From: an uncultured bacterium
GTDB taxonomy: Bacteria > Desulfobacterota_D > UBA1144 > Nemesobacterales > UBA2774
Assembly (NCBI GenBank): GCA_963825135.1
Contig: CAWGRW010000009.1
Coordinates: 1,696,001-1,760,000 of the forward strand
Direction of reading: 5' to 3'
DNA length: 64,000 bases
Position numbers and translations under genes: made by a program. Below the pieces are notes generated by a model. That model searched no databases. It was not told the origin of the DNA and saw only the letters and a program-made list of their open reading frames with translations. Below, piece by piece: positions 18,715 to 29,893 of the stretch. Position 1 is the stretch's first letter; every line of letters begins with the position of its first letter.

Positions 18715-20067
18715 ATGCAAGAAACCATCACATCGTTCTTATCTCAGTTAAGCGGCATAATCTGGGGCATGCCGCTTATAGTGCTGCTTCTGGGTACGGG
18801 CATATACCTGACTGTTATCTTAAAGGGGCTTCAGTTCCGGACTTTAATTCCTTCCCTCTACCTCGCGTTTGTAAAGAGACACGAGGAGGGGGAGGGGGAT
18901 ATCTCCCATTTCCAGGCCCTCATGACCGCGCTTTCCGCGACGGTGGGGGTGGGGAACATAGCAGGCGTCGCAACCGCGATAGCCGTGGGCGGCCCTGGGG
19001 CCATGTTCTGGATGTGGATTACGGGGTTGCTGGGCATGGCCACGAAATACTCCGAAGCGGTCCTTGCGGTCAAATACAGGGAAGTCGACAAGCTCGGAAC
19101 GATGAGCGGCGGCCCGATGTACTACATCTCGAAGGGTCTCGGGCTTAAATGGCTCGGAATGCTCTTTGCCATTTTCGCCTCTATCGCCGCTTTCGGCATA
19201 GGGAACATGGTTCAGTCGAACTCGGTCGCCGACGCCATGCAGACGGCATTCGGAATTTCCCCATGGATATCCGGTCTCGTTATGTGTGTCGGGACGGGGC
19301 TCGTTATAGTCGGAGGTATCCAGAGCATAGCGAAAGCGACCAGCGCGATAGTGCCGTTCATGCTGATATTCTATGTGGTCGGGTCTTCGATAATCTTGTT
19401 CGCGTACAGGGAGAACATACCCCATGCTTTTTACCTGATTTTTGCCAACGCATTTTCGCCCTCCGCAGCGGCGGGGGGGTTCCTGGGCGCAACCATCAGT
19501 CAGACGATCAGGATAGGGGTGGCGAGGGGGATCTTTTCAAACGAATCCGGGCTCGGCAGCTCGCCGATCGCCGCGGCGGCCGCCAAGACCCAAAACCCCG
19601 TGGGTCAGGCTCTCGTATCCATGACCCAGACCTTTATCGATACAATAGTCATTTGCACGTTTACGGGCGTGGTGATTATTTCGAGCGGCTTCTGGTCGAG
19701 CGGGAAAACCGGCGCCGCGCTCACGGCGCTTGCTTTTGAAAGCAGGATTCCAGAGGGGATGGGGGCGGCCATACTGGGAATCAGTCTCGCCTTCTTTGCC
19801 TATTCCACCCTGCTCGGCTGGTGTTATTACGGCGAGAAAGCGATAGAATATATCTTCAAGGAGAGAGCCGTAAAGCCATACAGGGTCTTCTTTACAATAG
19901 CCGTGCTGATAGGGGCGGTAGTGAAGCTTGAGCTGGTCTGGACCTTCGCCGACGTGATGAACGGGCTCATGGCATTCCCGAACCTGGTGGGTCTTCTGGG
20001 GTTATCGAAGGTGGTGGTCGAGGAGACCAGGAAATATCTCGATCACGAGATCGCCCGCGCCAGGTGA
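18715..20067 (+). CDS. Sodium:alanine/glycine symporter (AGCS family)
   Basis: [49 protein letters not shown]. Confidence 0.95.
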   Translation: MQETITSFLSQLSGIIWGMPLIVLLLGTGIYLTVILKGLQFRTLIPSLYLAFVKRHEEGEGDISHFQALMTALSATVGVGNIAGVATAIAVGGPGAMFWMWITGLLGMATKYSEAVLAVKYREVDKLGTMSGGPMYYISKGLGLKWLGMLFAIFASIAAFGIGNMVQSNSVADAMQTAFGISPWISGLVMCVGTGLVIVGGIQSIAKATSAIVPFMLIFYVVGSSIILFAYRENIPHAFYLIFANAFSPSAAAGGFLGATISQTIRIGVARGIFSNESGLGSSPIAAAAAKTQNPVGQALVSMTQTFIDTIVICTFTGVVIISSGFWSSGKTGAALTALAFESRIPEGMGAAILGISLAFFAYSTLLGWCYYGEKAIEYIFKERAVKPYRVFFTIAVLIGAVVKLELVWTFADVMNGLMAFPNLVGLLGLSKVVVEETRKYLDHEIARAR

Positions 20068-20174
20068 AAAGCCCAATCCCGGACTCCCGTCTATTTCCGT
20101 AACAGGCGGAGAATCCTGTTTTTACGAAGCTTCGTTTTAATACAGATAATATTTAGCTACAATATAGGTTTTAG

Positions 20175-20609
20175 ATGCATATGAAAGCACTACTCAGCGG
20201 TGTTATTTTTACATCATTGGTTTTATTCATGCCTACCTGGGCCCGCGCGGCCGTATGGCAGCCTGTAGGTTTCGGCACCGTGGACGCCACTTCCAGATTC
20301 AGGGTTTTTATCGATACGGACAGCATACAGGGTTTTGGAGGAAAGGTCAGGTTCTGGCAGGGGCATGTGTTTAACGAGGAGCAGCCTCTACCGTCCGGAA
20401 AAACGTTCGTGAGGGTTTCGATCTCGCGCGTGGTCGACTGTGACGAGAAGAGCGATTCGAGCCTGCAAGCTATATTCTACGGTGCGGGTGGGGCTATCGT
20501 CGATAAATACGATACACGCGGCGTGATGAACTTTAGTCCGGTCAAGCCCGCTACGATAAGCGAAGCGGTTTTAACTTATGTCTGTAACTACGTAAATCGG
20601 AAAGGGTAG
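20175..20609 (+). CDS. Exported protein, surface-adhesin E-like pattern
   Basis: Signal peptide ending ARA; W...FIDTDSI...VRFW...VDC...FY...LTYVC pattern. Confidence 0.6.
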   Translation: MHMKALLSGVIFTSLVLFMPTWARAAVWQPVGFGTVDATSRFRVFIDTDSIQGFGGKVRFWQGHVFNEEQPLPSGKTFVRVSISRVVDCDEKSDSSLQAIFYGAGGAIVDKYDTRGVMNFSPVKPATISEAVLTYVCNYVNRKG

Positions 20610-20618
20610 GAGTTCTTA

Positions 20619-21053
20619 ATGTACAGAAGATCGCCGTTAGCTATTGTGATGCTTTTTTCCGTACTGACTTTATTCTTTTCGTGCCGCGGGGACGAGTCCG
20701 AGAAGGACGGCTGGAAATACGTCGGTCCGATAAATGACGAGAAGGGGGCCAGCGTCCAGGTATATCTGGATGTGGCGAACATGGAAATCAATGGGAATAA
20801 AAGGAAGTTCTGGATCAAGTATGTGGCCAAGATAGAGAATGAAGGGGGGGCTCCGGAGGAATACATACGTCAGACGGGGTATTGGGAGATTGACTGCTTT
20901 GACAGGTCGTTATTCAGGCTTGCGGAGGAATATTACAGCCCCGGCGGCAAGCTGCTCGGGAGAACGGAAAAAAGGGTGAGAGAGGAATATAGCTCTTATG
21001 AGTCCCTCGGGGCTAAAATGTCGGACGCAGCCTGCCGGTATGCGGGGAAGTAG
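20619..21053 (+). CDS. Lipoprotein, surface-adhesin E-like pattern
   Basis: Lipobox-like FFSC; W...YLDVANM...KFW...EIDC...YY...DAAC pattern. Confidence 0.6.
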   Translation: MYRRSPLAIVMLFSVLTLFFSCRGDESEKDGWKYVGPINDEKGASVQVYLDVANMEINGNKRKFWIKYVAKIENEGGAPEEYIRQTGYWEIDCFDRSLFRLAEEYYSPGGKLLGRTEKRVREEYSSYESLGAKMSDAACRYAGK

Positions 21054-21148
21054 CGGACCGAGGTTTGAATATATTTGTTTGATTGCTTATAGCCTAACTA
21101 CTCCCCGTTCTTCACTGCTGAAATTTCGGGCTTTTTGATATCAACTCC

Positions 21149-21379
21149 TCAATGCTTAACGTCGCTCGGCAGCAACACCATTTCCCATATCGAAATCATT
21201 ACCTCTTCCTTTTCGGTCAGCACGGGCTTATTTCCCGTCATGATCTCTTTCGCGTACTTGTTGGCGAACTCGTTCAAGTCGCTTATGCTGACTTCCAATT
21301 CTTCCGGATGGTCATGAAACATCACACGGAATCCGACCTCCGTCTGTGTAGCCGTGAATTCGTTTAGTTCCCTGTTCAT
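21149..21379 (-). CDS. Hypothetical acidic protein, 76 aa
   Basis: GGAGA RBS upstream of ATG; protein-like composition; no family recognised. Confidence 0.6.
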   Translation of the reverse strand: MNRELNEFTATQTEVGFRVMFHDHPEELEVSISDLNEFANKYAKEIMTGNKPVLTEKEEVMISIWEMVLLPSDVKH

Positions 21380-21679
21380 GTTTTATCTCCAATACTTACT
21401 TTAACCAAAATATAATCACGGGTTTCTCGTTTTAAAGGGGTGGATTGCGCATAACCGCCGGGCCTGTGTTCCGGATGGAATTATCCCATAATATGAAGAT
21501 CTTGCCCGTGCTATTCAGCCGAGTTTGATTCTGACCTTTCCGTTTGTGGCCAGGAGGCCGCATCTCCTCCACTGCCTGAGGCCTTCTTTCGAGCTCGTTC
21601 ATGGACAACCCCCCCCCGGTAGCGTTCATTCCGGCTACGTAATAATGTAAAATTAATAATATCAGATTCGGGAGGAGAT

Positions 21680-21958
21680 ATGGGCGGCCCATACTTCGAG
21701 GGAGATAAGGCGCTTGAGCGGCTTGGAGACTTGGCGGGGCTTATATGCGGGATAGCCGAGGGCGGGGGCCTCGATCACGGGGACAAGACGCTCCTCGAGG
21801 AGCTGCTTCGGGATATGGGCGCCGCGCTCAGGCAGAGGGACGTCGCCCGAGCGAAGGGGCTCGTGACGCGTATGCTGTCGGACGTACTCGGATATGACGA
21901 GGTACGGGCCAGATTCGTTATGAACAACCACCTGAACAAGAACGCCGGGTGGGAATGA
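21680..21958 (+). CDS. Hypothetical helical protein, 92 aa
   Basis: GGAGGAG RBS; ORF fills the gap; no family recognised. Confidence 0.55.
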   Translation: MGGPYFEGDKALERLGDLAGLICGIAEGGGLDHGDKTLLEELLRDMGAALRQRDVARAKGLVTRMLSDVLGYDEVRARFVMNNHLNKNAGWE

Positions 21959-21969
21959 GGGGCTCCCAC

Positions 21970-22536
21970 TTAGTCCCGATCCTCTGTTTCTTTCAATATC
22001 CTGTTGACCGCGTTAACGAGGTCGGTTTCGATGAAGTCGGCCTGGGGGGAAGTAATGTCGGAGCCTGTCAGGACCTGAATCGTTCTCAAACCCGAGCTCT
22101 TTCCGGCCAGCATGTCGATGTGCGAATCCCCGACCATCCATGATAACGGTTTACTGATGTCGCGGGAATCGCATATCACGTCGATCATACCCGTCTTTGG
22201 CTTCCGGCATTCGCAGGCCACGTTGTAAGGGGGCAAGCTGCCGCGGGGGTTATGGGGACAATATTCGTAATCCGTGATAAAAACGCCGTTATACTTGAGT
22301 ATCAAATCCAGGCAGTCGTGGAGCTCTTCCACGTCCCTCTCCGTGAGGTGTCCCTTCGCTATCCTGCCCTGGTTCGTCACGACGAACAGGAGGAATTCCT
22401 CCTCGATCAATTTCCTGAGCGCCGCGATATAGCTTTCCGGGATGAAGAAGTCCTCGACCCTGTAGATATACCTCTCGCCGCCCTGGGGCAGAAGTATAGT
22501 TTTATCCCTGTCGAGAAAAACCGCCTTTAAGTTCAT
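21970..22536 (-). CDS. gmhB: HAD-IIIA phosphatase, D,D-heptose 1,7-bisphosphate phosphatase-like
   Basis: FLDRD, VVTNQ, CPH...CECRKP, MVGD. Confidence 0.8.
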   Translation of the reverse strand: MNLKAVFLDRDKTILLPQGGERYIYRVEDFFIPESYIAALRKLIEEEFLLFVVTNQGRIAKGHLTERDVEELHDCLDLILKYNGVFITDYEYCPHNPRGSLPPYNVACECRKPKTGMIDVICDSRDISKPLSWMVGDSHIDMLAGKSSGLRTIQVLTGSDITSPQADFIETDLVNAVNRILKETEDRD

Positions 22537-22702
22537 GTGGCTTTGCCATATCTCCTGAAATTAACTGTAACCGCTTAGTGAAACACAGCCAATAACCGGA
22601 CGCCGTTACCGGCTTTCAGGATAATTTGTCGGGTTATCGGGTTCGACGGGCTCTTCTGAAAAATGATAGATAGCGAGCGGTTGCTGGATATGGGGCCGCG
22701 GC

Positions 22703-22918
22703 TTATTTGCCCGCGGTCTTGAAATACTTATCTCTGGCTTCTTTTGGAAGGTGCTTTTTCAGATATTCCGTCACGGCTTCCCTTACGATCTGCGCGGGCC
22801 TCATCTGCAGGTGCCACTGCGACTCGTTCAGCATATCCACAAACTCCTGGGAAGCTTTGACATATATGGCTTTTTCGAGGGTTTCTTTCTTACTCTTTTC
22901 TTTCTTCTTGGTAACCAT
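22703..22918 (-). CDS. Ribbon-helix-helix (CopG-like) DNA-binding protein
   Basis: Basic N-terminus, alternating strand AIYVKA, helix, then AQIVREAVTEYL. Confidence 0.6.
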   Translation of the reverse strand: MVTKKKEKSKKETLEKAIYVKASQEFVDMLNESQWHLQMRPAQIVREAVTEYLKKHLPKEARDKYFKTAGK

Positions 22919-23276
22919 ATTTTAAATATATAACATAGTCCGGATATAAAATGAATAGACGATTTTCCGCTGTTATTCTTTTTGCTGCATGCCCGGGCGA
23001 CGGGGGAATATTGTTTAATAAATATTTGTAATGTTTTCTGTATATTATCGGGGCGGACAAAAAGTGAAGAAATCCTCCTGAATTTTTGTGCCCGGCCGCC
23101 CGGATAAGGCTGTTGACATATTGTTTATGACGGAAAGATGAATAAAGTATATGTGTATAGTCCGGAGCGAGAGGCTTCCAGTACGTTACGATTCGGTGCT
23201 GCGCCGCTCCTGCAGGAATCGATTTCGGCTGTCAAGCGTCCTAATCTATGAAGGGTCCGCGCCGAGGGGGTAAGCG

Positions 23277-24368
23277 ATGAAGTGGTCATGGAAGATAGGC
23301 GAGTTCGCGGGCATAGGGGTCTACGTGCATGCGACTTTTATGCTCATTATCGCCTGGGTGATTCTGATTCACTGGAGCTCGGGACATGACGTGGCGACTA
23401 TCGTATCGGGGGTCGTGTTTGTTCTCTCCCTTTTCTTCTGTATCGTGCTCCACGAATTCGGACACGCCCTCACGGCGAGGAGGTACGGAATAAAAACCCG
23501 AGATATAACCCTCCTGCCCATAGGGGGCGTGGCCCGTCTCGAGCGCATGCCCGATGACCCAATGCAGGAGTTCTGGGTGGCTCTCGCGGGTCCTGCGGTG
23601 ACGGCAGCTATCGCGGCGCTTTTGTATCTCTGGCTTCAGCTGACAAACGGATTTATCCCCATAGACAAGCTCACTCTGGCTCAGGGCTCGTTCGTCGAGC
23701 GTCTCATGTTAGTGAATGTATTCCTTCTTGTCTTTAATATTATCCCTGCGTTTCCGATGGATGGTGGCCGGGTGTTGAGAGCGCTCCTCGCATTGCGCTG
23801 GGATTACACGAAAGCTACTCAAACGGCCGCTACCATAGGACAGGCTATCGCCTTGATTTTCGGCTTTGTCGGTCTTTTTACCAACCCTTTCCTTATTTTC
23901 ATAGCACTTTTCGTGTGGATAGGGGCCGCTCAGGAGGCGAGCATGGTAAAGATAAAATCCGCCCTGGGCGGAATTCCGGTGTATAAAGCCATGCTTACCG
24001 ATTATAAAACAATAAGCCCCGGGGATAAGTTAACGTATGTTGTGGAGCTCACAATGTCGGGCTCACAGCAGGACTTTCCCGTTGTCGACAACGGAGGACT
24101 GGTTGGGATAGTCCCGCACGCGGACTTCATAAAGGGACTTGCAGAAAAAGGCGAATCTGCTTATGTCGGAGATATAATGAGGCGGGAGTTCGAGGTCGTG
24201 GACCCCGGAGAGATGCTGGAGTATGCGTTCGCTCGTCTGAAGACGAGCGATTTCTATACCATTCCTGTTGTTAAGAACGGCAGTTTGGTAGGACTGCTGA
24301 CTCTGGATAACGTGGGAGAATTCATGAGGATCCAGTCGGCCGTGACGGGCTCGGGCACGCATATATAA
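23277..24368 (+). CDS. Site-2 protease (M50) with tandem CBS domains
   Basis: HEFGH, NIIPAFPMDGGR, C-terminal CBS pair. Confidence 0.93.
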   Translation: MKWSWKIGEFAGIGVYVHATFMLIIAWVILIHWSSGHDVATIVSGVVFVLSLFFCIVLHEFGHALTARRYGIKTRDITLLPIGGVARLERMPDDPMQEFWVALAGPAVTAAIAALLYLWLQLTNGFIPIDKLTLAQGSFVERLMLVNVFLLVFNIIPAFPMDGGRVLRALLALRWDYTKATQTAATIGQAIALIFGFVGLFTNPFLIFIALFVWIGAAQEASMVKIKSALGGIPVYKAMLTDYKTISPGDKLTYVVELTMSGSQQDFPVVDNGGLVGIVPHADFIKGLAEKGESAYVGDIMRREFEVVDPGEMLEYAFARLKTSDFYTIPVVKNGSLVGLLTLDNVGEFMRIQSAVTGSGTHI

Positions 24369-24488
24369 TAAGTCGAAGCCCGTTTGGAAAGCTCTCCCGC
24401 CGGGGCCGATCCGGTTATACGGGCGGGACGGAGGTATTATAGCCTTAATGAGATCAATTGAATTCGCGGGATTGATCCGGGTGCGATA

Positions 24489-26741
24489 ATGGAAGAAAAG
24501 ACTCAAGACATAAAGACGGGACCGCAGGCTACCAGGCGCCTCCATGTAACGGACATGAGCTGCGCGGGCTGCGTTGAGACAGTCGAAAAGACCCTGAAAT
24601 CGGTCCCCGGGGTATGCGAAGCTCAGGTTAACTTTGCCGAGAGGACGGCTACCGTCACGGGAGACGTTTCTCCGGACGAACTCGTAAAAGCCGTCGGCAA
24701 GGCCGGCTATACCGCGTCGCTTCTTGAGGACGAGGACTCCGAATCGGAAAAGGAAAATGCGGAGCTCGCGCATTACAGGACGCTACTCCGTCAGACCGTG
24801 GTTTCAGGCGCAATAAGCGTAATAATATTCGCGGTAAGCATGTTTGATGTGCTCCCTTCCCTCGATTCCGCTTCGGGGAGGATTTCATGGGGCGTCGTCT
24901 CCCTGCTAACCCTTTTCGTTCTCGCATACGGCGGCGGCCGCTTTTTCACGGGCGCCTGGAAATCCTTCCGGAACCACAACGCGAACATGGATACGTTGAT
25001 TGCCATCGGCACGGGAGTCGCGTGGCTGTATTCGTCTTTCGTGATTCTTTTCCCGGGCGCCGTGGGCGAGATCGCGAGACACCTTTATTTTGAGACGGCG
25101 GCGTTGATAATAGCCTTTATCAACCTTGGCTCAGCCCTCGAAATGAGAGCCCGCGGCAAGACCTCCCAGGCGATAAAGCGTCTCATAGGTCTTCAGCCCA
25201 GGACGGCGCGGGTCATAAGAGGGCCTGAGGAGGTCGATATCCCGATCGGGCTCGTAGTTTCAGGCGATATCGTGCGCGTCAGGCCGGGCGAGAAGATACC
25301 CGTTGACGGAGAGGTGACGGAGGGCTCTTCACATGTCGATGAATCGATGCTCACGGGCGAGCCTATCCCCGTCGAGAAGAAGAAGGGAGACCCTGTCGTG
25401 GGCGGGGCAATAAATAAATCCGGGAGCTTTTTGTTCAGGGCGACCCGTATCGGCAAAGACACTGCTCTCGCCCGGATTATCGATATGGTTCGTAAGGCGC
25501 AGAATACGAAGCCCGAGATCGGGAGGCTTGCGGACAGGGTCTCCGGCATATTCGTCCCGTCCGTCCTTATCATAGCCGTAATCACGATGCTCGCGTGGTT
25601 TAATTTCGGCCCCTCTCCCCGGATCACGTATATGCTGGTCACGACCATGGCCGTGCTTATCATAGCGTGCCCCTGCGCGCTCGGTCTTGCGACCCCTATA
25701 TCGGTGATGGTCGGTGTGGGCAAAGCGGCCGAATACGGGGTGCTCATAAGGAAAGGGGACGCGTTACAGCTGGCGGGTCAGCTTACGACGATCGTGCTCG
25801 ATAAGACGGGGACGATTACCGAGGGGAAACCCGTTTTAACCGCGGTTGAGCCGGTTTCGGGAATATTGAGCGAAGAGGCGTTGCTGGCGCTCGCGGCGAG
25901 CGCGGAAAGCGGATCCGAACATCCTCTTGCTCAGGCGATTGTCGAAGCTGCAAAATTGAAGAACGTGGAGCTGAAACCCGCGGAGTCGTTCGAGGCCTTA
26001 TCGGGACACGGCGTTAGGGCGGTCCACGGCGGAGATACGGTGCTGCTCGGCAACAGGAAGCTGATGGCTGATAATAAGATCGATACGGCGCAGATGAATG
26101 ACGCTGCCGAGAGCATGTCGAGGCGCGGAAATACAGTGGTGTTTGTAGCTGTTAACGGGACAGCGGCCGGCGTGCTGGGTATCTCCGACCCCGTCAAGCC
26201 TGATTCGAGGGAAGCCGTGGAGAGGCTCCGTAAACAGGGGATCAGGGTGATAATGCTCACCGGGGACAACCGGGTCACGGCGCAGTCCGTGGCGGAGCAG
26301 GTGGGTGTGGATGATTTCATCGCCGAGGTGCTGCCGGAAGACAAGGCCAGGGAGATTTCCAGGCTTCGGGAAAGCGGAGAGAAGGTGGGCATGGTAGGGG
26401 ACGGAATTAACGATGCCCCCGCCCTGGCTGGAGCGGATGTAGGGTTCGCTATAGGTACGGGGACGGATGTCGCGATTGAGAGCGCCGATATAACGCTAAT
26501 GAGGGGATCGCTCCACGGAGTCGCCGATGCCGTGGGGATTTCAAAAGCGACATTGAAAAACATCAAAGAGAATCTATTGGGGGCATTCGCTTACAATGCT
26601 TTAGCCATACCGGTTGCGGCCGGGATACTGTTCCCGTTTACGGGGCTCCTGCTCAATCCCGTCATAGCGGGGGCCGCGATGGCCCTCTCTTCGGTAACGG
26701 TCGTAACGAACGCGAACAGGCTCAGGTGGTTTAAGCCGTGA
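24489..26741 (+). CDS. copA: Copper-translocating P1B-1 ATPase
   Basis: [34 protein letters not shown] and MALSS Cu(I)-site motifs. Confidence 0.94.
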   Translation: MEEKTQDIKTGPQATRRLHVTDMSCAGCVETVEKTLKSVPGVCEAQVNFAERTATVTGDVSPDELVKAVGKAGYTASLLEDEDSESEKENAELAHYRTLLRQTVVSGAISVIIFAVSMFDVLPSLDSASGRISWGVVSLLTLFVLAYGGGRFFTGAWKSFRNHNANMDTLIAIGTGVAWLYSSFVILFPGAVGEIARHLYFETAALIIAFINLGSALEMRARGKTSQAIKRLIGLQPRTARVIRGPEEVDIPIGLVVSGDIVRVRPGEKIPVDGEVTEGSSHVDESMLTGEPIPVEKKKGDPVVGGAINKSGSFLFRATRIGKDTALARIIDMVRKAQNTKPEIGRLADRVSGIFVPSVLIIAVITMLAWFNFGPSPRITYMLVTTMAVLIIACPCALGLATPISVMVGVGKAAEYGVLIRKGDALQLAGQLTTIVLDKTGTITEGKPVLTAVEPVSGILSEEALLALAASAESGSEHPLAQAIVEAAKLKNVELKPAESFEALSGHGVRAVHGGDTVLLGNRKLMADNKIDTAQMNDAAESMSRRGNTVVFVAVNGTAAGVLGISDPVKPDSREAVERLRKQGIRVIMLTGDNRVTAQSVAEQVGVDDFIAEVLPEDKAREISRLRESGEKVGMVGDGINDAPALAGADVGFAIGTGTDVAIESADITLMRGSLHGVADAVGISKATLKNIKENLLGAFAYNALAIPVAAGILFPFTGLLLNPVIAGAAMALSSVTVVTNANRLRWFKP

Positions 26742-26754
26742 GCACGGAGAGAGC

Positions 26755-27129
26755 ATGGATATCGTAGTCAACATACTCGGGGTTGTGACGGCCGCATACA
26801 TAGTGTGGTGGTTCTGGATTTCGAAAACCGGGAGTGAGGCGCGTACCCGGGGCGATGTAATCAATGTTGTCGTTGACGGCGGGGTGTACACGCCTTCAGT
26901 GCTCCGCGTACCCGCGGGAACGCCCGTTACCCTGCGTTTTGTAAGGAAGGACCCGAGCCCGTGCGCTGAAAAGGTTATATTCAGCGGCCTCGATATAAGC
27001 GCCGATCTCCCGCTCGGAAAACCCTACGACCTCAGTTTCACTCCCGGGAAAGCGGGGGAATACGATTTCACGTGCCAGATGGCGATGTACCGCGGCAGAC
27101 TTATAGTTGAAGAGAAGAAGAAATCCTGA
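26755..27129 (+). CDS. Membrane-anchored cupredoxin-domain protein (CupA-like)
   Basis: N-terminal TM WWFW; GGVYTP, SPCAE, FTCQMAMYRG. Confidence 0.85.
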   Translation: MDIVVNILGVVTAAYIVWWFWISKTGSEARTRGDVINVVVDGGVYTPSVLRVPAGTPVTLRFVRKDPSPCAEKVIFSGLDISADLPLGKPYDLSFTPGKAGEYDFTCQMAMYRGRLIVEEKKKS

Positions 27130-27291
27130 AATGGGCGGACTGTTTCTCAAAACCCGTCCTATGACCAAGAATTCGGTACTCTCTTCTCAGGCCCGGCCTT
27201 TAATACCGATCCCAAATGCGGATATCGGGAAGCGCCGGTTCTTTTATTCTGACAAAAAGGAGAGCTTCCCGGGATACGGCACGGGTAAGAC

Positions 27292-27495
27292 CTACTGGGA
27301 AACCTTGTTGACCTTGCTGGCTTGAAGTCCCTTGGGACTTTCGACTACCTCGAACTCGACTTCATCGCCTTCGGCCAGGGTTCTGAAGCCGGATCCTTCG
27401 ATGGCGCTGTAATGAACGAATACATCTTTACCGTTGTCCTGCTCGATGAATCCGAAACCCTTGGACTCGTTGAACCATTTAACCTTACCTTTCAA
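27292..27495 (-). CDS. csp: Cold-shock protein
   Basis: [28 protein letters not shown] start at 27495 after GGAGG RBS. Confidence 0.95.
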   Translation of the reverse strand: MKGKVKWFNESKGFGFIEQDNGKDVFVHYSAIEGSGFRTLAEGDEVEFEVVESPKGLQASKVNKVSQ

Positions 27496-27590
27496 AATTA
27501 ATTCCTCCAAAAATATGATTTATGCAAGAGTACATACTTTTATTTTTTAGTCAACAGGATGTAAATTATTTTTATTCGGCCGCACTGTAT

Positions 27591-27619
27591 TTGACTTTAA
27601 AATATAATCTATATAGCCT
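27591..27619 (+). promoter_or_regulatory. Putative sigma70 promoter of tpx
   Basis: TTGACT-N17-TAGCCT in the AT-rich divergent csp/tpx intergenic region. Confidence 0.45.
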
Positions 27620-27676
27620 AAATCCAGCTGATCGTATATGACTAAAATTTGAAGAAATGTTGGAGGTATTTAAATA

Positions 27677-28195
27677 ATGGCAAACGAAAGACCGAATGTT
27701 GTTAAGATGAAGGGCAACCCCGTGACCCTGCTCGGAAATGAAGTGAAGGTCGGGGACAAAGCGCCTGATTTCACGGCGCTTGCCGGTCTCGGGGCGCCCG
27801 TCGGACTCGGCGATCTCAAGGATAAGGTTAAGGTATTCAACGTCGTCATTTCGGTTGATACGCCTGTTTGCGACGTTCAGACGAAGAGGTTTAACAAAGA
27901 GGCCGCCGGTCTCGGGGACGGCGTCGAGATCGTAACGTTGAGCATGGACCTCCCGTTCGCGCTCAAGCGCTACTGCGCTGCCGAGGGGATCGACAGGGTG
28001 AAGACGTTATCCGATTATCAGAATGCGTCCTTCGGGGAAGCGTACGGTGTGCTTATAAAAGAAAACAGGCTCCTGGCCAGATCGATTTTCGTCGTGGATA
28101 AAAATAACACGGTCAGACACGCGGAATATGTCGACGACATAACGCACGAGCCAAACTACGACGCGGCAATAAAAGCCGTTAAAGAGTCTCTTTAA
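27677..28195 (+). CDS. tpx: Thiol peroxidase (atypical 2-Cys peroxiredoxin)
   Basis: SVDTPVC, SMDLPFALKRYC, LLARSIFV, EPNYD. Confidence 0.95.
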   Translation: MANERPNVVKMKGNPVTLLGNEVKVGDKAPDFTALAGLGAPVGLGDLKDKVKVFNVVISVDTPVCDVQTKRFNKEAAGLGDGVEIVTLSMDLPFALKRYCAAEGIDRVKTLSDYQNASFGEAYGVLIKENRLLARSIFVVDKNNTVRHAEYVDDITHEPNYDAAIKAVKESL

Positions 28196-28363
28196 ACCTG
28201 AAACGAACGGAATAATAATAGCACTCCCCTGATCGTTTGCGGAATAGAAGCCTGATTCCGTGCGGTCGGGGGCTAGGATTACGTTCCGGCAGATACGCCT
28301 TTAAAATTCCTTCCCCTGTATGTATCCTAAAGATAGAGGCAAATCAGCTAAGGAGGCTCCGCC

Positions 28364-28909
28364 ATGGGGTTTGGTAAAATGATTTCCGGCCTTTTTAAAA
28401 AGGACGCAGAGGATGATGTACGGGCGAATAAGAGCGATACCGATGCCGTTTCTTCTGCCGGGGTTTTAGAAGAAAATAAAGATTCGACCACGTTACCGGC
28501 GGGTGAAAGTAAGGACAATCATATTCCCGAAGATGTGCGGGAAGCCGCTTCAGACGGGGGGGGGCATGAGGACTCGGGCGTAGACTCATCCGGCGGTTCC
28601 GCCCCGGGCGGTGTAACCGAGGAGAAGATCCTCGAGGTTCTGGGTAACGTATACGATCCTGAAATACCCATAGATATTGTAAATCTCGGACTGATATACG
28701 GTATAGATATAAAAGACGGGAACGTACGAATAACCATGACGATGACGGCTCCGGGATGCCCCGCTTCCACGCAGATAGTCGGGGAATCGAAGATACTGGT
28801 CGAGGAGATTCCCGGCGTGGAAAGCGTGGAGATAGATCTGGTCTGGGACCCGCCATGGGACCCGAGCAAGATGAGCGACGATGCCCAGCAGAGCATGGGG
28901 ATATTCTGA
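28364..28909 (+). CDS. DUF59/SufT-like Fe-S assembly protein with long acidic N-terminal extension
   Basis: VYDPEIPIDIVNLGLIY, MTMTAPGCP, WDPPWDPSKMS. Confidence 0.88.
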   Translation: MGFGKMISGLFKKDAEDDVRANKSDTDAVSSAGVLEENKDSTTLPAGESKDNHIPEDVREAASDGGGHEDSGVDSSGGSAPGGVTEEKILEVLGNVYDPEIPIDIVNLGLIYGIDIKDGNVRITMTMTAPGCPASTQIVGESKILVEEIPGVESVEIDLVWDPPWDPSKMSDDAQQSMGIF

Positions 28910-28957
28910 TCGAAGTTCCATCCGGCTCTGTCAGTTCCGAAACGGCGCAATAAACAT

Positions 28958-29698
28958 ATGTCCCCCCTTACTAATGGTGTTTTCATAACCGGTACGGATA
29001 CGGGCGTCGGTAAAACCGTGATAACCGCCGCTCTGGCCTGGACCATGGTTCAGGCGGGCAGGAAGGTGGCCGTGATGAAACCGGTACAGACCGGGACCGG
29101 GCTTCCCGGGCTCACGGACATCGAATTTATAGAACGCGTGCTTGGTGCTAAATATGATGTCGACGATGTATGCCCTTATAGATTCCGGGAACCGCTTTCT
29201 CCGCTGTCGGCTTCAAAAATTTCCGGAATAAAAATTGATACCGAGAGAATTAAGCAGGCTTATCACAAACTTCGTTCTATGAGCGACCTCGTCGTCGTCG
29301 AAGGCGCGGGAGGTCTTCTCGTTCCGATACTCGACAATTATTTGATGGCGGACCTCGCTTCGGACCTCGGCCTTCCCCTTCTTATAGTCACGCGCCCGGA
29401 CCTCGGCACGTTGAACCACACGGCCCTTACGGTCGAGTCCGCGAGAAGGAGAGGCATAGATGTAATCGGGATCGTCATTAACCGTTTTCCTCCGTCTCCG
29501 GGATTGGCCGAACGCACCAACCCCGAGCTCATCGCAAGTATGACCGGAGCGCCTATCGCGGGGGTCTTTCCGTTGGACCGTTCAATGTCTGTCGAGGAAG
29601 GCAGGACTGGAGGCATACGAGAGCTTGCCCGCCCCGCTTTCGCCCCCTCCCTGGGCGGGACGTTCGACTTTCAGGAATTTCTCGGGCGTCTGCGTTAG
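28958..29698 (+). CDS. bioD: Dethiobiotin synthase
   Basis: TGTDTGVGKT, KPVQTG, VEGAGG, LGTLNHT. Confidence 0.96.
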   Translation: MSPLTNGVFITGTDTGVGKTVITAALAWTMVQAGRKVAVMKPVQTGTGLPGLTDIEFIERVLGAKYDVDDVCPYRFREPLSPLSASKISGIKIDTERIKQAYHKLRSMSDLVVVEGAGGLLVPILDNYLMADLASDLGLPLLIVTRPDLGTLNHTALTVESARRRGIDVIGIVINRFPPSPGLAERTNPELIASMTGAPIAGVFPLDRSMSVEEGRTGGIRELARPAFAPSLGGTFDFQEFLGRLR

Positions 29699-29893
29699 AC
29701 CTTACCTTTTGCCATCAAAAAATCGCAATATTGCGGGATTGCCTGTCTCCATATGTGTCCGCAGGGATTCGCATTTTAAGGCCGCACGGCGGAACTTGAC
29801 AGATTTCCTTGGTATGATATACATACTAGGCGTTTTTTGAGTACTTTGATTTAACTTTCCAAATGGACACACTCCAGAGCTAAGGTAAATAGG

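Noticed and set aside
21432..21692. ORF-track 86-aa minus-strand ORF, or its shorter version from 21602
   Set aside because: No recognisable motif, overlaps the start region of 21680..21958, and the composition is unconvincing.
28226..28272. Long imperfect hairpin after tpx as a repeat element or sRNA
   Set aside because: Single copy in the window and no U-tract; at most a terminator or stability hairpin.
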